A stretch of DNA of 63,179 nt, the filler included, from Octopus bimaculoides (taxonomy: Eukaryota), in assembly GCF_001194135.2 (NCBI RefSeq). It is 4 parts of 4 records of this genome, joined end to end, with 100 filler letters (N's around TTAATTAATTAA, not from the genome) between each part and the next. Parts side by side here need not be neighbours in the genome. Positions count along the whole stretch, not along the records: positions 1 to 31,690 come from NC_068990.1; 3 more parts are not named here. The stretch is one strand, 5' to 3'. The position numbers and the translations under genes are program-made. Positions 1-13,476 of the stretch are shown here, piece after piece. Position 1 is the stretch's first letter; every line of letters starts with the position of its first letter. Under the pieces are notes generated by a model, which was given only the letters and a program-made list of their open reading frames with translations, was not told the origin of the DNA and made no database searches.

Positions 1-30
1 GTATATATATATGTATATATATATGTATGT

Positions 31-64
<34 letters not shown>

Positions 65-156
65 GTATATATATATATGTATGTATATATATATATGTAT
101 GTATATATGTATGTATATATATATATATGTATGTATATATATATATATGTATGTAT

Positions 157-197
<41 letters not shown>

Positions 198-290
198 TAT
201 ATGTATGTATATATATATATGTATGTATATATATAGATATATGTATGTATATATATATATATGTATGTATATATATATATATGTATGTAT
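1..290. repeat. (TA)n/(TATG)n compound microsatellite
   Basis: Nearly pure tatata/gtat repeats; the YI/MYV ORFs here are translations of it. Confidence 0.97.
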
Positions 291-609
291 TGTCATTTAG
301 GTCCACCTTTCATGCTGGCACATCTTGAATGGTTTGACGAGATGCAACTGTTTTGAGGAGCACTTCTAAGTCATTTTTGACTTTGTGTTTTATTGCTAGA
401 TGCTTTTCCTAACACCAACCATCTTACTAAGTGTGCTGAGTACTTTTTTAATGTGGTCACCATTCGAGTCACCAGATCAAAGAGACACTTTGATTGACTG
501 AGAGTTTAGTAAAGGGGGAGGTGGTTTTATGTCGGGTGTTGTGAGTTAAAACTATGGTTGAAGGTACAGATATATATAAACACACACACACACACATATA
601 CATCTTTTT

Positions 610-961
610 GGGCCTCATGGAGGCAATGACAAGGGACCAATGCCTTGGCGAAGTGCTGTTCTTTAGGAGACTCATCAAGCCAAGTGAAACAGTAATCATG
701 ACCATTAACAGTGTCATGTAATTAGCACCCGTGAAATTGAAGTCATGACCGTTACCGGTATCATGTAAATGACACCTGTGCTGGTGTCACGTAAAAGGCA
801 CACATTACTCTCTCAGAGTGGTTGGCATTAGGAAGAGCATCCAGCTGTAGAAACCATGCGAAACCAGATGGAACCTGGTGCAGCTTTCTGGCTTACCAGT
901 ACTAGTCAAACTACCTGACCCATGCCAGCATGGAAAGTGAACGTTAAAAGGTGATGATGAT
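610..961 (+). mobile_element. SINE/LINE-tail family C copy ending in (GAT)n
   Basis: Conserved block gtggttggcattaggaag(g/a)gcatccagctgtagaaac...catgccagcatggaaag...gatgatgat, shared with copies at 10.2, 17.4, 49.6, 61 and 63 kb. Confidence 0.8.
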
Positions 962-1205
962 ATATGCACTTGTCTCTTAAATATTTTGTCTGTCCACATC
1001 CCTCCCTATCTCTTGGTCTCTTCCTTATCATGTCTGTTTGTCAGTCTGTCTGTTATTCTATCTTAGCTGATCTGAATTTGTGCTTGAATATATGTTAATA
1101 TGTTTGTCTGTATTTATATGAATATATGTGTGTGTGTGTGTGTGTATGTATGTATATATATATATATATATGTATATACATGTGTACATATATGTTTATG
1201 TGTTA

Positions 1206-1250
<45 letters not shown>

Positions 1251-1301
1251 NNNNNNNNNNNNNNNNNNNNNNNNNNNNNNNNNNNNNNNNNNNNNNNNNN
1301 N

Positions 1302-1339
<38 letters not shown>

Positions 1340-1982
1340 AGACAGACAGATATATATCCATATGTATATACATATAGGAAAAAGAAAGAGGGATTCAGAA
1401 TGAGAGTGAAAGATTAATAGAAATAGAGAAGCATAAGGAATTAACTATTAACAATTCAACTGAAACAGTTGTATTCCAAATGTGTGGATGAATTTGTTCT
1501 GAAAAGATTCAAAGAAAATATTCCATTCTTGCAGAAGGAAAGAAATCTTTCCTGCTTCTAATAGCAAGATTATTGTAAAAAGCCATCCTCATTTTCACAT
1601 GATCCCACCAAGTGAACAATCTTTTGTCCATATCTCTCATTTCAGAAATGTCGCGTGTTATTAATTGATAATTTTCATCTGAATATACCCACATCAGATG
1701 CTGTCCTTATGCTTTCTTTATAAACATGAATAAATGCATCCATTTTGTATTAATGTTGCAACATCTACTAATCTTTATCTTCTAAAACTGGATAAGTCGA
1801 GTGAATGGCAACAGTATAATGAACCCTACAATTGAGTTCATGAGTCAGGATATTAGTAAATATTTTGTGGAAATATTATTTTGTCATTTGTAAATCTGTT
1901 CTGTCATATAAACACCCTTTTGTCTTTTTTTTTCAGCTTTTTCTTTTTGTTTTTTTTTGTTTTTCTTTTCTTTTTTCTTTAG

Positions 1983-2009
1983 CTCTGTTGCCTAAATTTG
2001 TGTACAACG
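1983..2009 (+). CDS. candidate 27-nt micro-exon (xLLPKFVYN), product unknown
   Basis: Long polypyrimidine tract + ag at 1981-1982; donor G|gtaagt at 2010; length divisible by 3; open in phase 1. No homology recognised. Confidence 0.3.
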
Positions 2010-2767
2010 GTAAGTATTCAAATCATGTTGTTTTAAGTTCTAGCAATCAATAACTAATTTAAAAACTGCAGAAAACTTGCTTACTTGTTACAACCATCTT
2101 TAATGTATTCTAGCATTTACATAATTGCCTAATCAGCTTCCAATTAGGTCATTCATTTATTCTTCTTGTGTGAGAGGATTTGCCTGTAAATCAACACAAA
2201 AGACTCATTAGTTTTCAGTTAGTTTGGCACTCCATGAGTGAGTTGTTTTTCCTTTTCTTAAAAGTTCTGCTGCCAGGATGTAAAGAAGAATAATTTTAGC
2301 AATATGGCAGAATGAAAATATCTCAGGAGAACGTTCTGCATACTAAGTACAAATGCTGCAGGATCTCACAGATTTAATGTAGTGAGTTGAAAATTTTTGA
2401 TTAACTGAGATTTTCCAGGCAACTGGTAAACAAAAACTCCCATTACTGGGCACTGAGAATCTAAAAACAACAGGCGAAGAAGACAGATCCAATAAAATCA
2501 ATCAATTCAAGTTTTAAAAGTATCAAGGCAGCAAAATATGGAGACTATTGCTAATCTAACTAAAGAAAAATATGAATGACCCTACAGTATTACAGGAATT
2601 TTAGTGAGGCTTTTTTTTTTTACTGTGTACAGCATATTGTTAGTGTTGATATATTAGTATTAAATTTTGACACAAGGCCAACAATATTGGAGGAGCGAAG
2701 AATTTGATTACATCAAACCCAGTGCTCAATTGGTATTTATTTTATCAAATCACAACCTACAAGTATC

Positions 2768-2962
2768 TTAACCCTTTAGCATTCAGATTACTCTGTCAGA
2801 TGTAATGTTTATTTTCTCACATTGTTCTGATTTAATTCTCTTGTAGCTTCAAGATGTTGATGATGTGATTGTTTGTTTTTAGTATGACATTATCGTGAAA
2901 ATATGGGAGCCCAGATTTAGCCAGTTTGAACATAACACAGGTAGAATATTTTGGGCATGTTA
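2768..2962. mobile_element. piggyBac-like MITE (TTAA-CCC terminus), right end degraded
   Basis: Starts ttaaccctttagcattcagattactctgtc. The right part (ccagtttgaacataacacaggtagaatattttggg) is the reverse complement of the sequence near 49045-49100. Confidence 0.6.
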
Positions 2963-3185
2963 AATTTTGTTCTTGCAGCTACAAATATGTCTGTCACTTT
3001 ATTTTTCTCTGGCATAGTATATCCTGGACTACATAATCATGTATGTTCTTTTTTACCAGATGGTAGGTTTTTGAGAAAGATTTTGGTCCTATTTCTAAAA
3101 GGTCACAATTATCGAGAGCTTCAGTTTTTATAGAATACTTATGGAGAAATTCCCCAATTCAATCTATATATGTACACACACATAT

Positions 3186-3583
3186 AGGTGCAGGCATAGC
3201 TGTGAGGTAAGAAGCTTGCTTCCTGACCACATGGTTCTGAGTTCAGTCCCATTGCATGGCACTTTGGGCAAGTGTCTTCTGCTACAGACTCAGGCTGACC
3301 AAAGTCTTGTGAGTGGATTTCGTAGATGGAAACTGAAAAAAGCCCATCGTATGTATGTATGTATGTATGTATGTATGTGAATGTTTGTGTGTCTGTGTTT
3401 GTTCCCACCACCGTTGCTTAACAACCAATGCTAGTGTGTTTGCGTCTCAATAACTTAATGGTTCAGCAAAAGAGGTCAATAGAATAAGTGCTAGGCCTAC
3501 AAAGAATAAGTCCTGGGGTCGATTTGTTTAACTAAAGGTGGCGCTCCAGCATGGCTGCAATTAAATGACTGAAGCAAGTAAAA

Positions 3584-3586
<3 letters not shown>
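3186..3586 (+). mobile_element. tRNA-derived SINE family A (CORE-like block, internal microsatellite)
   Basis: A-box-like gcatagctgtgagg; B-box-like gagttcagtccc; cactttgggcaagtgtcttc; internal (TATG)n; tail gctccagcatggctgca...aagtaaaaga. Confidence 0.9.
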
Positions 3587-3642
<56 letters not shown>

Positions 3643-3725
3643 TATATATGTGTATATATACATACATATATATGTGTATATATACATACATATATATGTA
3701 TGTATGTACGTATTTATATGCACAC

Positions 3726-4500
3726 ACATGATCAGGGCTTTGCATCAAGATATGAAGGCTAGAGTTAATTTTGGTGGTAGGCTTTCTGAATCTTTTGCTA
3801 TGGAAAATGGAGTAAAGCAAGATGTTGATGCACTCACCCTCTTTACAATATACTTCGCTGTTGTGCTGTCACACACTTTTCAAAACTTCAAGGTGGGTAT
3901 TTACATAAAATATTGAACAACAAGGAATATTTTTAATGTGACCAGACTGAAATTCAAAACAAAGGTTTTTACTTCACTCATTAGGGAATTCTTATATGCT
4001 GATGATTGCGATCTAGTTGGTCACTCTGAAACAGGCCTGCAATCTCTTGTGTCTGCATTTGACTCAGCTTGTGATGATTTTGGCTTGACCATCAACCTAA
4101 AACAAACAGTTGTAATGTTTCAGCCTGCATGTGGTGCTGTTTGTAACCCCACTTAAATTTTTTGTTAAAGGGAAGTTACATGAGATTGGAAGCTCTGTAC
4201 AAAATGGTGGAAATCTGGACACGGAAATACATCTGTGAATTCACAGGGCAGCACAAGCATTTGGTGGTTTAGAGTCATGCATCTGGTGCCAACAACATAT
4301 AAATAACAACACAAAATTGGCTCTTTACAAATCGTTTGTCTTACCATCCCTGTTGTATTCTCCTGAAAAATGGATGTGTTATGAAAAACATTTCAAATTG
4401 TTGGAACACTTCCACCAAATATGCCTTCACCGCATTTTAAATATTAAATGGGGCTTTTATACTCCAGACAGATGTCCTTGCGCCTGCAAGCATCACTTCA
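3726..4500 (+). mobile_element. RTE (BovB-like) LINE fragment, RT C-terminal half, frameshifted
   Basis: Peptides ..ENGVKQD..LFTIYF.., REFLYADDCDLV, FGLTINLKQT, LYKSFVLPSLLYS.E.W, LLEHFHQICLHRILNIKW across ORFs 3650-3916, 3938-4156 and 4317-4505. Confidence 0.92.
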
Positions 4501-5864
4501 ATTAAATACATACACACACACACCAGGCTTTCTCAGTTTCCATCTATCAAATTCATTAACAAAACTTTGCCCAAGGTGCCATGCAGTGGAACTGAACCAG
4601 AGACTGTGGTTTGGAATGAGCTTCTTACCACACAGCCATGTTTGTGTCTTATATATAAAATATAATTTTGATCAATATTAACCATGACATGTAGTATGTA
4701 ATTGTAAGCTTGATATTCAGGCATTATGGCTTGGTATTTAAAAAAAAAGGTGATGTGTCAGATATGACTTCAAAGTGTTGCCCTCTCAATGTACGGGTCA
4801 AAGAAAGAAGACATTATAAACATATTAATATATTTTGTTTGGAATATGATGTTCAATAAGCAGAGGTAAATACCCACCGAGAATCTGTCGTCTGTTCCTT
4901 TCTATTTATGTATTTATTTTTTAAATGATAACAGAGTAGCAGAATAATAAAATTGAGGATTATGTACCCATAAGAGACTTTATTTATGTATAGAGTAACG
5001 GGTATCGATTACAAATGCCATCCATGTGTTTCAATCTCCTAAAGTGTTTTTAGTCAAACTGCTCAAAAGGTATGGCTAGACAAGATTAAGGTTTACAACT
5101 AATGGTGTAGAATCATGAAAACCCATTTATGTTATCAATTGCTCTTTACTGCATGTTATGTGTGAGTGTGTAAGTATATGTGTGCCTGCACGAGTCTGTG
5201 TATGTTGCTATATAAATATACGAATATTTATATATAAATAACAAAAACACAAACACACCACACACAGTTATGAATAAATGTGAGCAACACGCTTTTCTCT
5301 TTTAGCTGCCAAAGCTCCTGAGGTTTGTCTGCATGTTATATTTTCACAGTAAGACTAAATATATGTTTATCAAACATATTGAATATGATTTACATAAACA
5401 CATTTATTCGATGTATAAATGTATTTGCAAGACTATGCAAACATGTGGGCATATGTGATACATGTACATGAGTATAAGAGAATATCTGTATATCTGTATG
5501 TGTGTATCTATATATATATATGTTTAAGAGGTTGGGTGTTTGTAAATATAAATTTATGTATATAAGAATAACAATGTGCATGTACAAGAATATTTACCTA
5601 AAGGTAGGGGATAGTGGTAAAAGATGGAATTGGTAAAGTGTCAGTCAAAATAATTTGTTGCACTTTATTACCATCTTTTATGTTCTAACCTGAAAGTCTG
5701 CCAAAATCAAGCTTGCCTTTCATCTTCCTAAGGTTGATAAATTAAATAAAGTGCTGGGGTATCAGTGATTTAATTGGCTTTACTGTGAATGTGGGTCCCA
5801 TCATAGACCCACAATCCAATGAGCAAATCCAATAAAACAATAGACGTGATATATATACATGTAT

Positions 5865-6026
5865 AGGCATAGGAGTGGCTATGTGGTAAGTAGCTTGCTT
5901 ACCAACCACATGGTTCCGGGTTCAGTCCCACTGCGCGGCACCTTGGGCAAGTGTCTTCTACTGTAACCTCGGGCTGACCAAAGCCTTGTGAGTGGATTTG
6001 GTAGACGGAAACTGAAAGAAGCCCGT

Positions 6027-6064
<38 letters not shown>

Positions 6065-6296
6065 TGTATGTATGTGTGTGTGTATATGTTTGTGTGTCTG
6101 CGTTTGTCCCCCCAACATCGCTTGACAACCAATGCTGGTGTGTTTACATCCCCCGCAACTTAGCGGTTCGGCTAAAGAGACCGATAAAATAAGTACTAGG
6201 CTTCTAAAGAATAAGTCCTGGGGTGATTAGCTCGACTAAAAAGGCGGTGCTCCAGCATGGCCACAGTCAAATAACTGAAACAAGTAAGAGTAAAAG
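5865..6296 (+). mobile_element. SINE family A, full length
   Basis: Head aggcataggagtggctatgtggtaag..ggttcagtccc; internal (TA)n/(TG)n; tail ggcggtgctccagcatggccacagtcaaataactgaaacaagtaag. Confidence 0.93.
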
Positions 6297-6472
6297 AGAG
6301 AGAGAGAGATAGAGTATGAATATGTTTCTTACCCCAGTTCTTCACATCATCTGTTTTAAAAGTAATAATTAAAAATTACAATAACATTCAATTGTTACTA
6401 TCAGTCTTTTATTTCATTAGGTGATTCTACTCTTCTGTAAGATTTCAAAAATAAAACAATATAGGTTGAGTT

Positions 6473-6777
6473 GACCAAAGCTGGAGAAATTAGGTCACTT
6501 TCACCAAAGCTAGACAAATTAGGTCAAATTTGCTAAAGCTAAACAAACTGGGTCACTCTGATGAAAGCTAGACAAATTACCCCACTTTGACCAAAATCAG
6601 AGATGAATTAAGTGAATGAAAAATGACTAAAGTTAGGCAAAGTGATGAAAGTAGACAAACTAGGTCAAATTAGTTAAAACTAGACAAGCTAGACAAATTG
6701 AGCAAAGCTAGACAAGTTGGATCAAATTGGATGACTTGCAGGACAAATTAGGTCACATTGAGCAAAGCTACACAAAC
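6473..6777. repeat. degenerate ~30-bp minisatellite (aaagctagacaaattaggtcactttgacc)
   Basis: The motif aaagctagacaaa(tt)aggtca recurs about 8-9 times with indels. Confidence 0.75.
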
Positions 6778-8258
6778 ATAGTAGAAAATTTTGGCCAATG
6801 TAAATCTACAAGGTTAAATTTGAATTGTTTATCATTGTTATTAGGTTACAAAAATATAGAAGAATCTGACCCTGCTTGTCTCAATCTATGTGTTTTGAAA
6901 AGAAATGCCTTTTAATTTGAAAATTGTCTCCAAATAAATTCTTTAAAAAGACAGTTTAACGCTGTTCATTTCTCTGGTCCAAGAAAAAGTGTTTTCCTTC
7001 TTATCATTTCCATTTTCCTTTCTTTTCCATTATTCTTTATTCTTTACTTTTTTCTTTCCCTTTATCATCATTTTCTCTCTAAAAATTATAAAATCAGTCT
7101 TCTAGCAGATTTAATTGACTTGTTTTTAAAAATGTTGAAGGGCTGAAATTGTATTATAACTCTGTTAATTAACTAGTAATAAATATAGATAGTAACTTAA
7201 TAGTTAATTACATTATTAATCCTGTTTCTTGCTGTATATAGCTTTTATTTTGTATGTGAAATTCTTCTTTTTACACACAAACACACACACACATATAGAG
7301 ATAGATACACAGATAAAGAGATAGATAGATATGTGTGTGTGTATGTATGTATATGTATAGGGTATACACACACACATGCGCACACACACGCACACACACA
7401 CACACACACACATAAATACATATACCCAGGCCTGTTCCTCGTCTTTTTAGGAGGGGGTAGCCACAACAAGACACACGCCAGGCATTGCATTAACTTGTCA
7501 GCTCAGAGAGGCGAGCTCCATACTATGCTCAAGTCAAGGCATAGAACACATATATATAATGCCAGCATAGAAAGGCAGATATTAAACAACAACGATGATG
7601 ATGATGATGATGATGATATATATTAAGAAACCAGGAGATGAATGTGGTATTAGCCTTAATTTTGTATGATGACAATTTCGACTCATCTTGCTACTGTCCC
7701 TTATGGGTGGGACTCCATGGAACATGTTGTGCTGCATCCATTTTGCAGCACAACATGGGTCATGCCAAGTACTTTCCATACATAACCATAAAGAAATTAA
7801 GTCTACATGAAGAAGGTTATAAAATGGCTTTAATTATATAGAAGTCATAGGATAGAAAAATTTATGTTCACTTGTCACATCTCTTGACTTTATCCTTTAT
7901 ATACCCATATCTATATACAAAAATTAGTATTTTGCTATGGGTATAATATATGGGGAAACTTAATATGATGTAACAGTGCTTTGACCTTGCTTATCTATAA
8001 AGATATTGTTTATTCATATCAATACAATATTGAGTATACTTTCATATAACATTCAGCAAGTAACAGCTGCTAATGATGTGTTGAAATGATTAACGTGATA
8101 TGTAATAAAAGTCTGTTCAATCCATCTTCTTAAATTAAATGTTTTATATATATCAATANNNNNNNNNNNNNNNNNNNNNNNNNNNNNNNNNNNNNNNNNN
8201 NNNNNNNNNNNNNNNNNNNNNNNNNNNNNNNNNNNNNNNNNNNNNNNNNNNNNNNNNN

Positions 8259-8293
<35 letters not shown>

Positions 8294-8428
8294 TACACAC
8301 ATATGCACGTGTGTGTATAGACACAGATAATTTTACTTTTGATACACATAAATAAGCTTCCATATTTACACATATATTTACATGCATATAATACATCAAC
8401 ACATGCAACACATGTACAGTTGTGTATT

Positions 8429-8462
<34 letters not shown>

Positions 8463-8804
8463 CATGTATTCACACATATATCCATATGCAGCTACACACT
8501 CACGCATATATATTATCATACCTCTTTATTTGGCATTTAAAAAATGGTAAACAGCAAAACAAATATCTCTGGAATGCTGGGAGTAATGTTAAACTACAAT
8601 TGTCTCTTCCTACAAAATTCACTTTACTCTGGTTTGTATTTAACTACAATCCACACTTTGATTGGTAGTAGGCCTAAAATACTGTCTGGTTTAGCACCCC
8701 ACCACCTGACTCGAGGTTTACATTAATGGACTTCTGTCTGTTGCAAGCATTTAGATCAAAACCACTAATTCCCTCCCAGCATATGTTTTCCTTTTTTCCT
8801 ACAG

Positions 8805-8875
8805 ACGTTGACTGGTATATATTTGGGATGGGCATAAACCACATCTATTTCATCAGTCTGGGAGGGCCTGCAAAG
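8805..8875 (+). CDS. candidate internal exon (DVDWYIFGMGINHIYFISLGGPAK), product unknown
   Basis: Acceptor ttttccttttttcctacag; donor AAG|gtaatg; only the phase-1 frame is open. Confidence 0.35.
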
Positions 8876-9007
8876 GTAATGAGCACCGCCTTTTCTCCTT
8901 AGACTAACTTATTCTGTTCTAAAAGCAAATACAGATAATCTAACCTCTACTATGATGATAAATGGACTTTATAGCTAATCATGTAAGCCTTATCTCTTCT
9001 CTGGCAG

Positions 9008-9058
9008 ACTGCTAGTTGCTTCTATAAACCAAGAACTGCATCATTAGCTGTGATATCG
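9008..9058 (+). CDS. candidate exon (TASCFYKPRTASLAVIS), product unknown
   Basis: Acceptor cttatctcttctctggcag after a 132-nt intron; phase 0 matches the upstream exon; donor TCG|gtatag is only moderate. Confidence 0.28.
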
Positions 9059-10186
9059 GTATAGCAAAGAGAAGATACTTCAATCTTTTCATGCAGCTAC
9101 ATTTAACCTCACTGAGCCATTTAATGTCTATTAATGTGAGAGCACTTCAAAAATATGATTTAACCATTGATTAATGTTACAAATCAAATTTCCATTCTAA
9201 TAAGATCTCTAACATTTTAAATCAAAACATGTATTTTTTTAAACCAGAGAATTTGCCACAATATTTATTCTTGGTTATTAATAACTAATTATTGAGTGCA
9301 ATGGACTATCAAAACCATCAGAGTATCAGAAAATATGTTTTATAGTTGATGTCATAAGAATTTAGAAACTTTGAATATGTGAAACAACCCTTTTTCAGGA
9401 ATGGTGAATCATAAAATAAATAGTTATAAATATGTAAATATTAGGTTAAAACCCTTCAACTTTTTCTATCCAAAATGCTTTTAAACCAATATTTACATGC
9501 TATCAGTTATAACTTCATTTGCGTCAAGACTAACTTCACCATCCCTAAAAAGAATGCTTTATAGCGTTTGTTCTGGATCTTAAGTTCTGAGTTCAAATCC
9601 TGCTGAAGTTAAATTTGTTTCTTATCCTTTCAGGGTTGTGAAAATAAGGTACCACCCAAGTAAAGAATTTGATATAATCCTATGGAATCTTTCTCAGCCA
9701 CAAGGCCAAAATTTTTGACATTGTGCCAATATAAAAGCTTATTAATTATTATATTTATTAATTTTTAAAAAATTAAGTTACATAAATTTATAATTTATAG
9801 CCTATAATTTATCTGTGGTAAACCCCCTACCCCCAAGAAATTGTGTAAAGAACTAAGATAAGCAACAAAATGATTCACTAATAGTATTATCATCATCATC
9901 ATCAGCAGCAGTAGCAGTATTTTAATAGAAACTTTTGTATGATTGCATGAGTTAAACAGAATTTGCTGAGGCAGACTTTCTATGGTGAGACACCCTTCTT
10001 TTCAACAACCCTCAATTGTTTCTAAGTTATAGAATTTTTCTCTCTGGATCTCACAGAAGACTGGAAATGAAGGACACCACTTCTACAATGATGATGCTCA
10101 TTTACAATCATTGCATGATGTCAAACCAAGGAAATACAAAGACATACCTGTGCATCGAATCTCTATGCACATATATATGTATATAG

Positions 10187-10187
<1 letters not shown>

Positions 10188-10217
<30 letters not shown>

Positions 10218-10401
10218 CTTAACATCTGCTTCCCATGCTGGCATAGGCTGGACCATTTGACAGGAGCTGGCAAGCCAGAAGACTGCACCTTCGCATGGAT
10301 TTTATGGCTGGAAGCCCTTCCTAACACCAAACACTTTAGAGTGATTAACCTGTTTGGCACTTTACAGAGTATACTGGAATGCTCTTTCTATGTGGCACTA
10401 G
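10188..10401 (-). mobile_element. family C SINE/LINE-tail copy
   Basis: (CAT)n followed by ..ccatgctggcatagg..ggctggaagcccttcctaacacc. Confidence 0.8.
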
Positions 10402-10592
10402 CTTACACACACACATATACATTTATTTATATGTGTATACATTAACAGATTACGGACTTCTTTCAGTTTCCATCTATCAAATTTATTCACAAGGCTTTCA
10501 TCATCATCATTATAACAATAAAATAAACAAATAAATATTGTAAAGGACTGACAGCAACTAATAAAATGATTCCTTAGTATATTGAACATATA

Positions 10593-10818
10593 CAGGGTTG
10601 GCCAAAAGTCACCTGACAGTAAATCAGACCCATTTAATTCCAAAAGTTATTTCATATGAGACTTCACTAATAAATAGATAAATGTTGAAAAGAAATGTTG
10701 GTTTTAACTCACAGCATTCAATTATTAATCATTCATAATTGGAATGAATAAATTAAATTGAATAAGTATTTATGGACTTTTTTTTTATTTACTGTCGGGT
10801 GACTTTTGGCCAACCCTG
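10593..10818. mobile_element. Tc1/mariner-type MITE, 32-bp TIRs, TA target duplication
   Basis: TA-cagggttggccaaaagtcacctgacagtaaat ... atttactgtcgggtgacttttggccaaccctg-TA; TIRs match at 31/32. Confidence 0.93.
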
Positions 10819-13263
10819 TATTTCAAATATATATGAATTAATCATCGATCATACCACATATCAGTTTCCATTTTAATAAGATTAATAAACTTTAAACCAA
10901 AGCATGCATTTAAAAAAAATTAATAGAATTTGTTTTCATATTTAGCTTTACTATAAATCTTGTCATTTTCACTAAGTGAAAAATATTAGATTTTGTGAGG
11001 GGTTAGGATAATCAAGTAAAAGATTCCTATGCATAACAACTGCTAAGTATTTCCAAAATTATTTTTTAACCATTACCTCAAACATTAGCTGCCATTACAT
11101 AAAATTACTAAGATTTTAAATCAAAGAATGTATTAATCTTTTCTTATATGTGGAGATTTCACATGTAATTTTTTCTATAATTATTTTTTTTTACTAAAAA
11201 GTGTAAAAAGAAATAAAATTTTGTAAAAAGGCAACCAAATAAATGATCCCTCAGAATTTTACTGGTATATATTTTATCGACTCTTGAAAAATAAAAGATA
11301 AAATTATCCATGATAGTATTTGAAGTCGCTCAACTACATACAATAAATCAACTAATCTGGTAGCTATCTGTTATGACAGACAACTCTTCTTCTTTATAAT
11401 AATAAAAGTAGAATGATTTATACTTGCTTTTCTAATAACATTTCAAAATTTGATCAAAGTGATATTTCAAAAGTAACAAGGCTTTAGCCATTCCTTTAAT
11501 AAATGAGTTGCTCACAGAATTTTGTCTCTTTCAATTTTTACAGAATAGGTTGTGATGTATAGTTGGTAATTGCAACTCTTCTCATGCAATTAACATAAAA
11601 AAAAAGAGAGAAGCTGGGGTGGTGACAGCAGTGGTTAGTATGCAGGTCATTGTTCAAGTATGCAGTTTCCGACCACAGTGGTGTTTAGCTGAGGTTACAC
11701 TGACCTCCCAACACTGACCAATAATGGCAATAAATATAAATTGCAGGAGCAGAGAAACCAGAGAGAGAGCAGGTCACTAATTCATTGGATTGAAATATTT
11801 TAGAAGGCAACAAGGGAGCCTTCTCTACTCTAGTTCAGAGTTGTCAGGGAAAATTGCATTATAGAAGCAGTGGCTCGTAGAAGAGAAAGTGGGTAATTGA
11901 AAGAATGGCAGTCAGAGACAGTACTGTCTGTCGCCCTTTCATTTGTCCACAAGCTTTGTATGCTATCTCAGAATATCAGAAATAGAATTGAAATAAATTT
12001 GACCAATAGATCTAAGAATCTTAGCTTGTCATTAACTTAGACTGACCAGACTGAGTTGTTGTTTCAGTACAGATGCTGTCTGTTGCCCTGGTAACAGAGA
12101 CCTTGCAAAAGGTAATAACTGATAAAGAAGACTATAAAAAAAAAATCTGTTTCCTCTCTTTCTTCCTTGTTAAATATAACATACTATGAGGTGTAAAATG
12201 AAGAAGCTGCCTTACATTATTTTCTCAAGCTGGCTTTCTTCAACAGTATCAATCAAAGTTACAGAAAAATACTTTGTTATTAATTATTATAATTACTGGA
12301 TTCTTTTTTCAGTCATTTATATAAAGTATAAATTAGGGTCAGCCATAAACCTATGATTACAGCATAAGGTATAAGTTCATGTATACATGCTAACATAAAT
12401 GATATAGTTTTTTTAGCATTTAGGTTATAATCAGATAACAAATGCATTTCACAGCTGAATACATTTTCCATTGATAAATTATCCCCCACCATCAATTAGA
12501 CAGACTTGCTAAAGAGAGTAATATTTTAGGGTGGGAGGAGTTAATATTTAAATCTATATTTCTATATCATTCTTTTCATATTTCACTTTTCAAATTATAA
12601 TGGAGAGAAGTTGGAAATTTTTTCTGAGTTTGAAAGTTAAACTAGTTTTATATATTATTATTATTACTTTGTGTATAAATCAAATCTTTCCACTATTTCT
12701 GAAATCATCCAAGCAGTCTTGGATTGTTATTATTGAAATTGAAGACAACCAGCTACCAAGATTGTTAGCACACCTTGCAAATGCTTACTGGCATTTCTTC
12801 CAGCTCTTTACATTACGTTTGGAGTTCAAATGCCACCTCAGTTGATATTGCCTTTCGTTCTTTCAGAGTTGATATAATAAGTACCAGTTGAATACTGAGC
12901 TTAATTTAATCGACTTTCTCCTCCCCTCAAAATTGCTAACCATGAGCCAAAAGGTTATTAGTGAGACTAGAACAAATTTCTCATAAGACTCATAATGAGA
13001 ATACATGTGCTGTGATGACTGATTTTTTTCAATAAACTTTAAATAAATTGAATTCTAAGAAATATGTTAAGCGAATAAGTTTTTGATGAGCAAAGTTTTA
13101 TTTGTATGAAGAGTTAGGGGCTGAAGAGTAATGAGGAACAGCGGTGCAACTGTTGCTTATTTCTCTCCAAAAAAATTTCAAGTTTTAACTCAAAGTTCTT
13201 TCATATTCTCTTTTGCTTTGGTAACATAAGTAATTACATAGATAAATAATAAAGAAAATAATC

Positions 13264-13476
13264 TTTTCTACTCTAGGCACAAGACCCGAAATTATTTGGG
13301 GAGGGGACCAGTCGATTAGATCAACCCCAGTATGTAACTGGTACTTCATTTATCGACCCTGAAAGGATAAAAGGCCAAGTCGACCTCCACAGAATTTGAA
13401 CTCAGAATGTAAAGACAGACAAAATACCACTAAGCATTTCACCTGGTGTGCTGACGCTTCTTCCAGCTCACCACCT
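13264..13476 (-). mobile_element. tRNA-derived SINE family B
   Basis: On minus: head aggtggtgagctgg..., B-box gagttcaaatt, central gactt.gcctttatccttt..ggtcgataaat.aagtaccag, tail ttgtgcctagagtagaaaag. Confidence 0.9.

Noticed and set aside
1509-1800. Minus ORF resembling an L1/Tx1 post-endonuclease linker (..DENYQ..WWDHVK..)
   Set aside because: The similarity is too short and degenerate to support a call.
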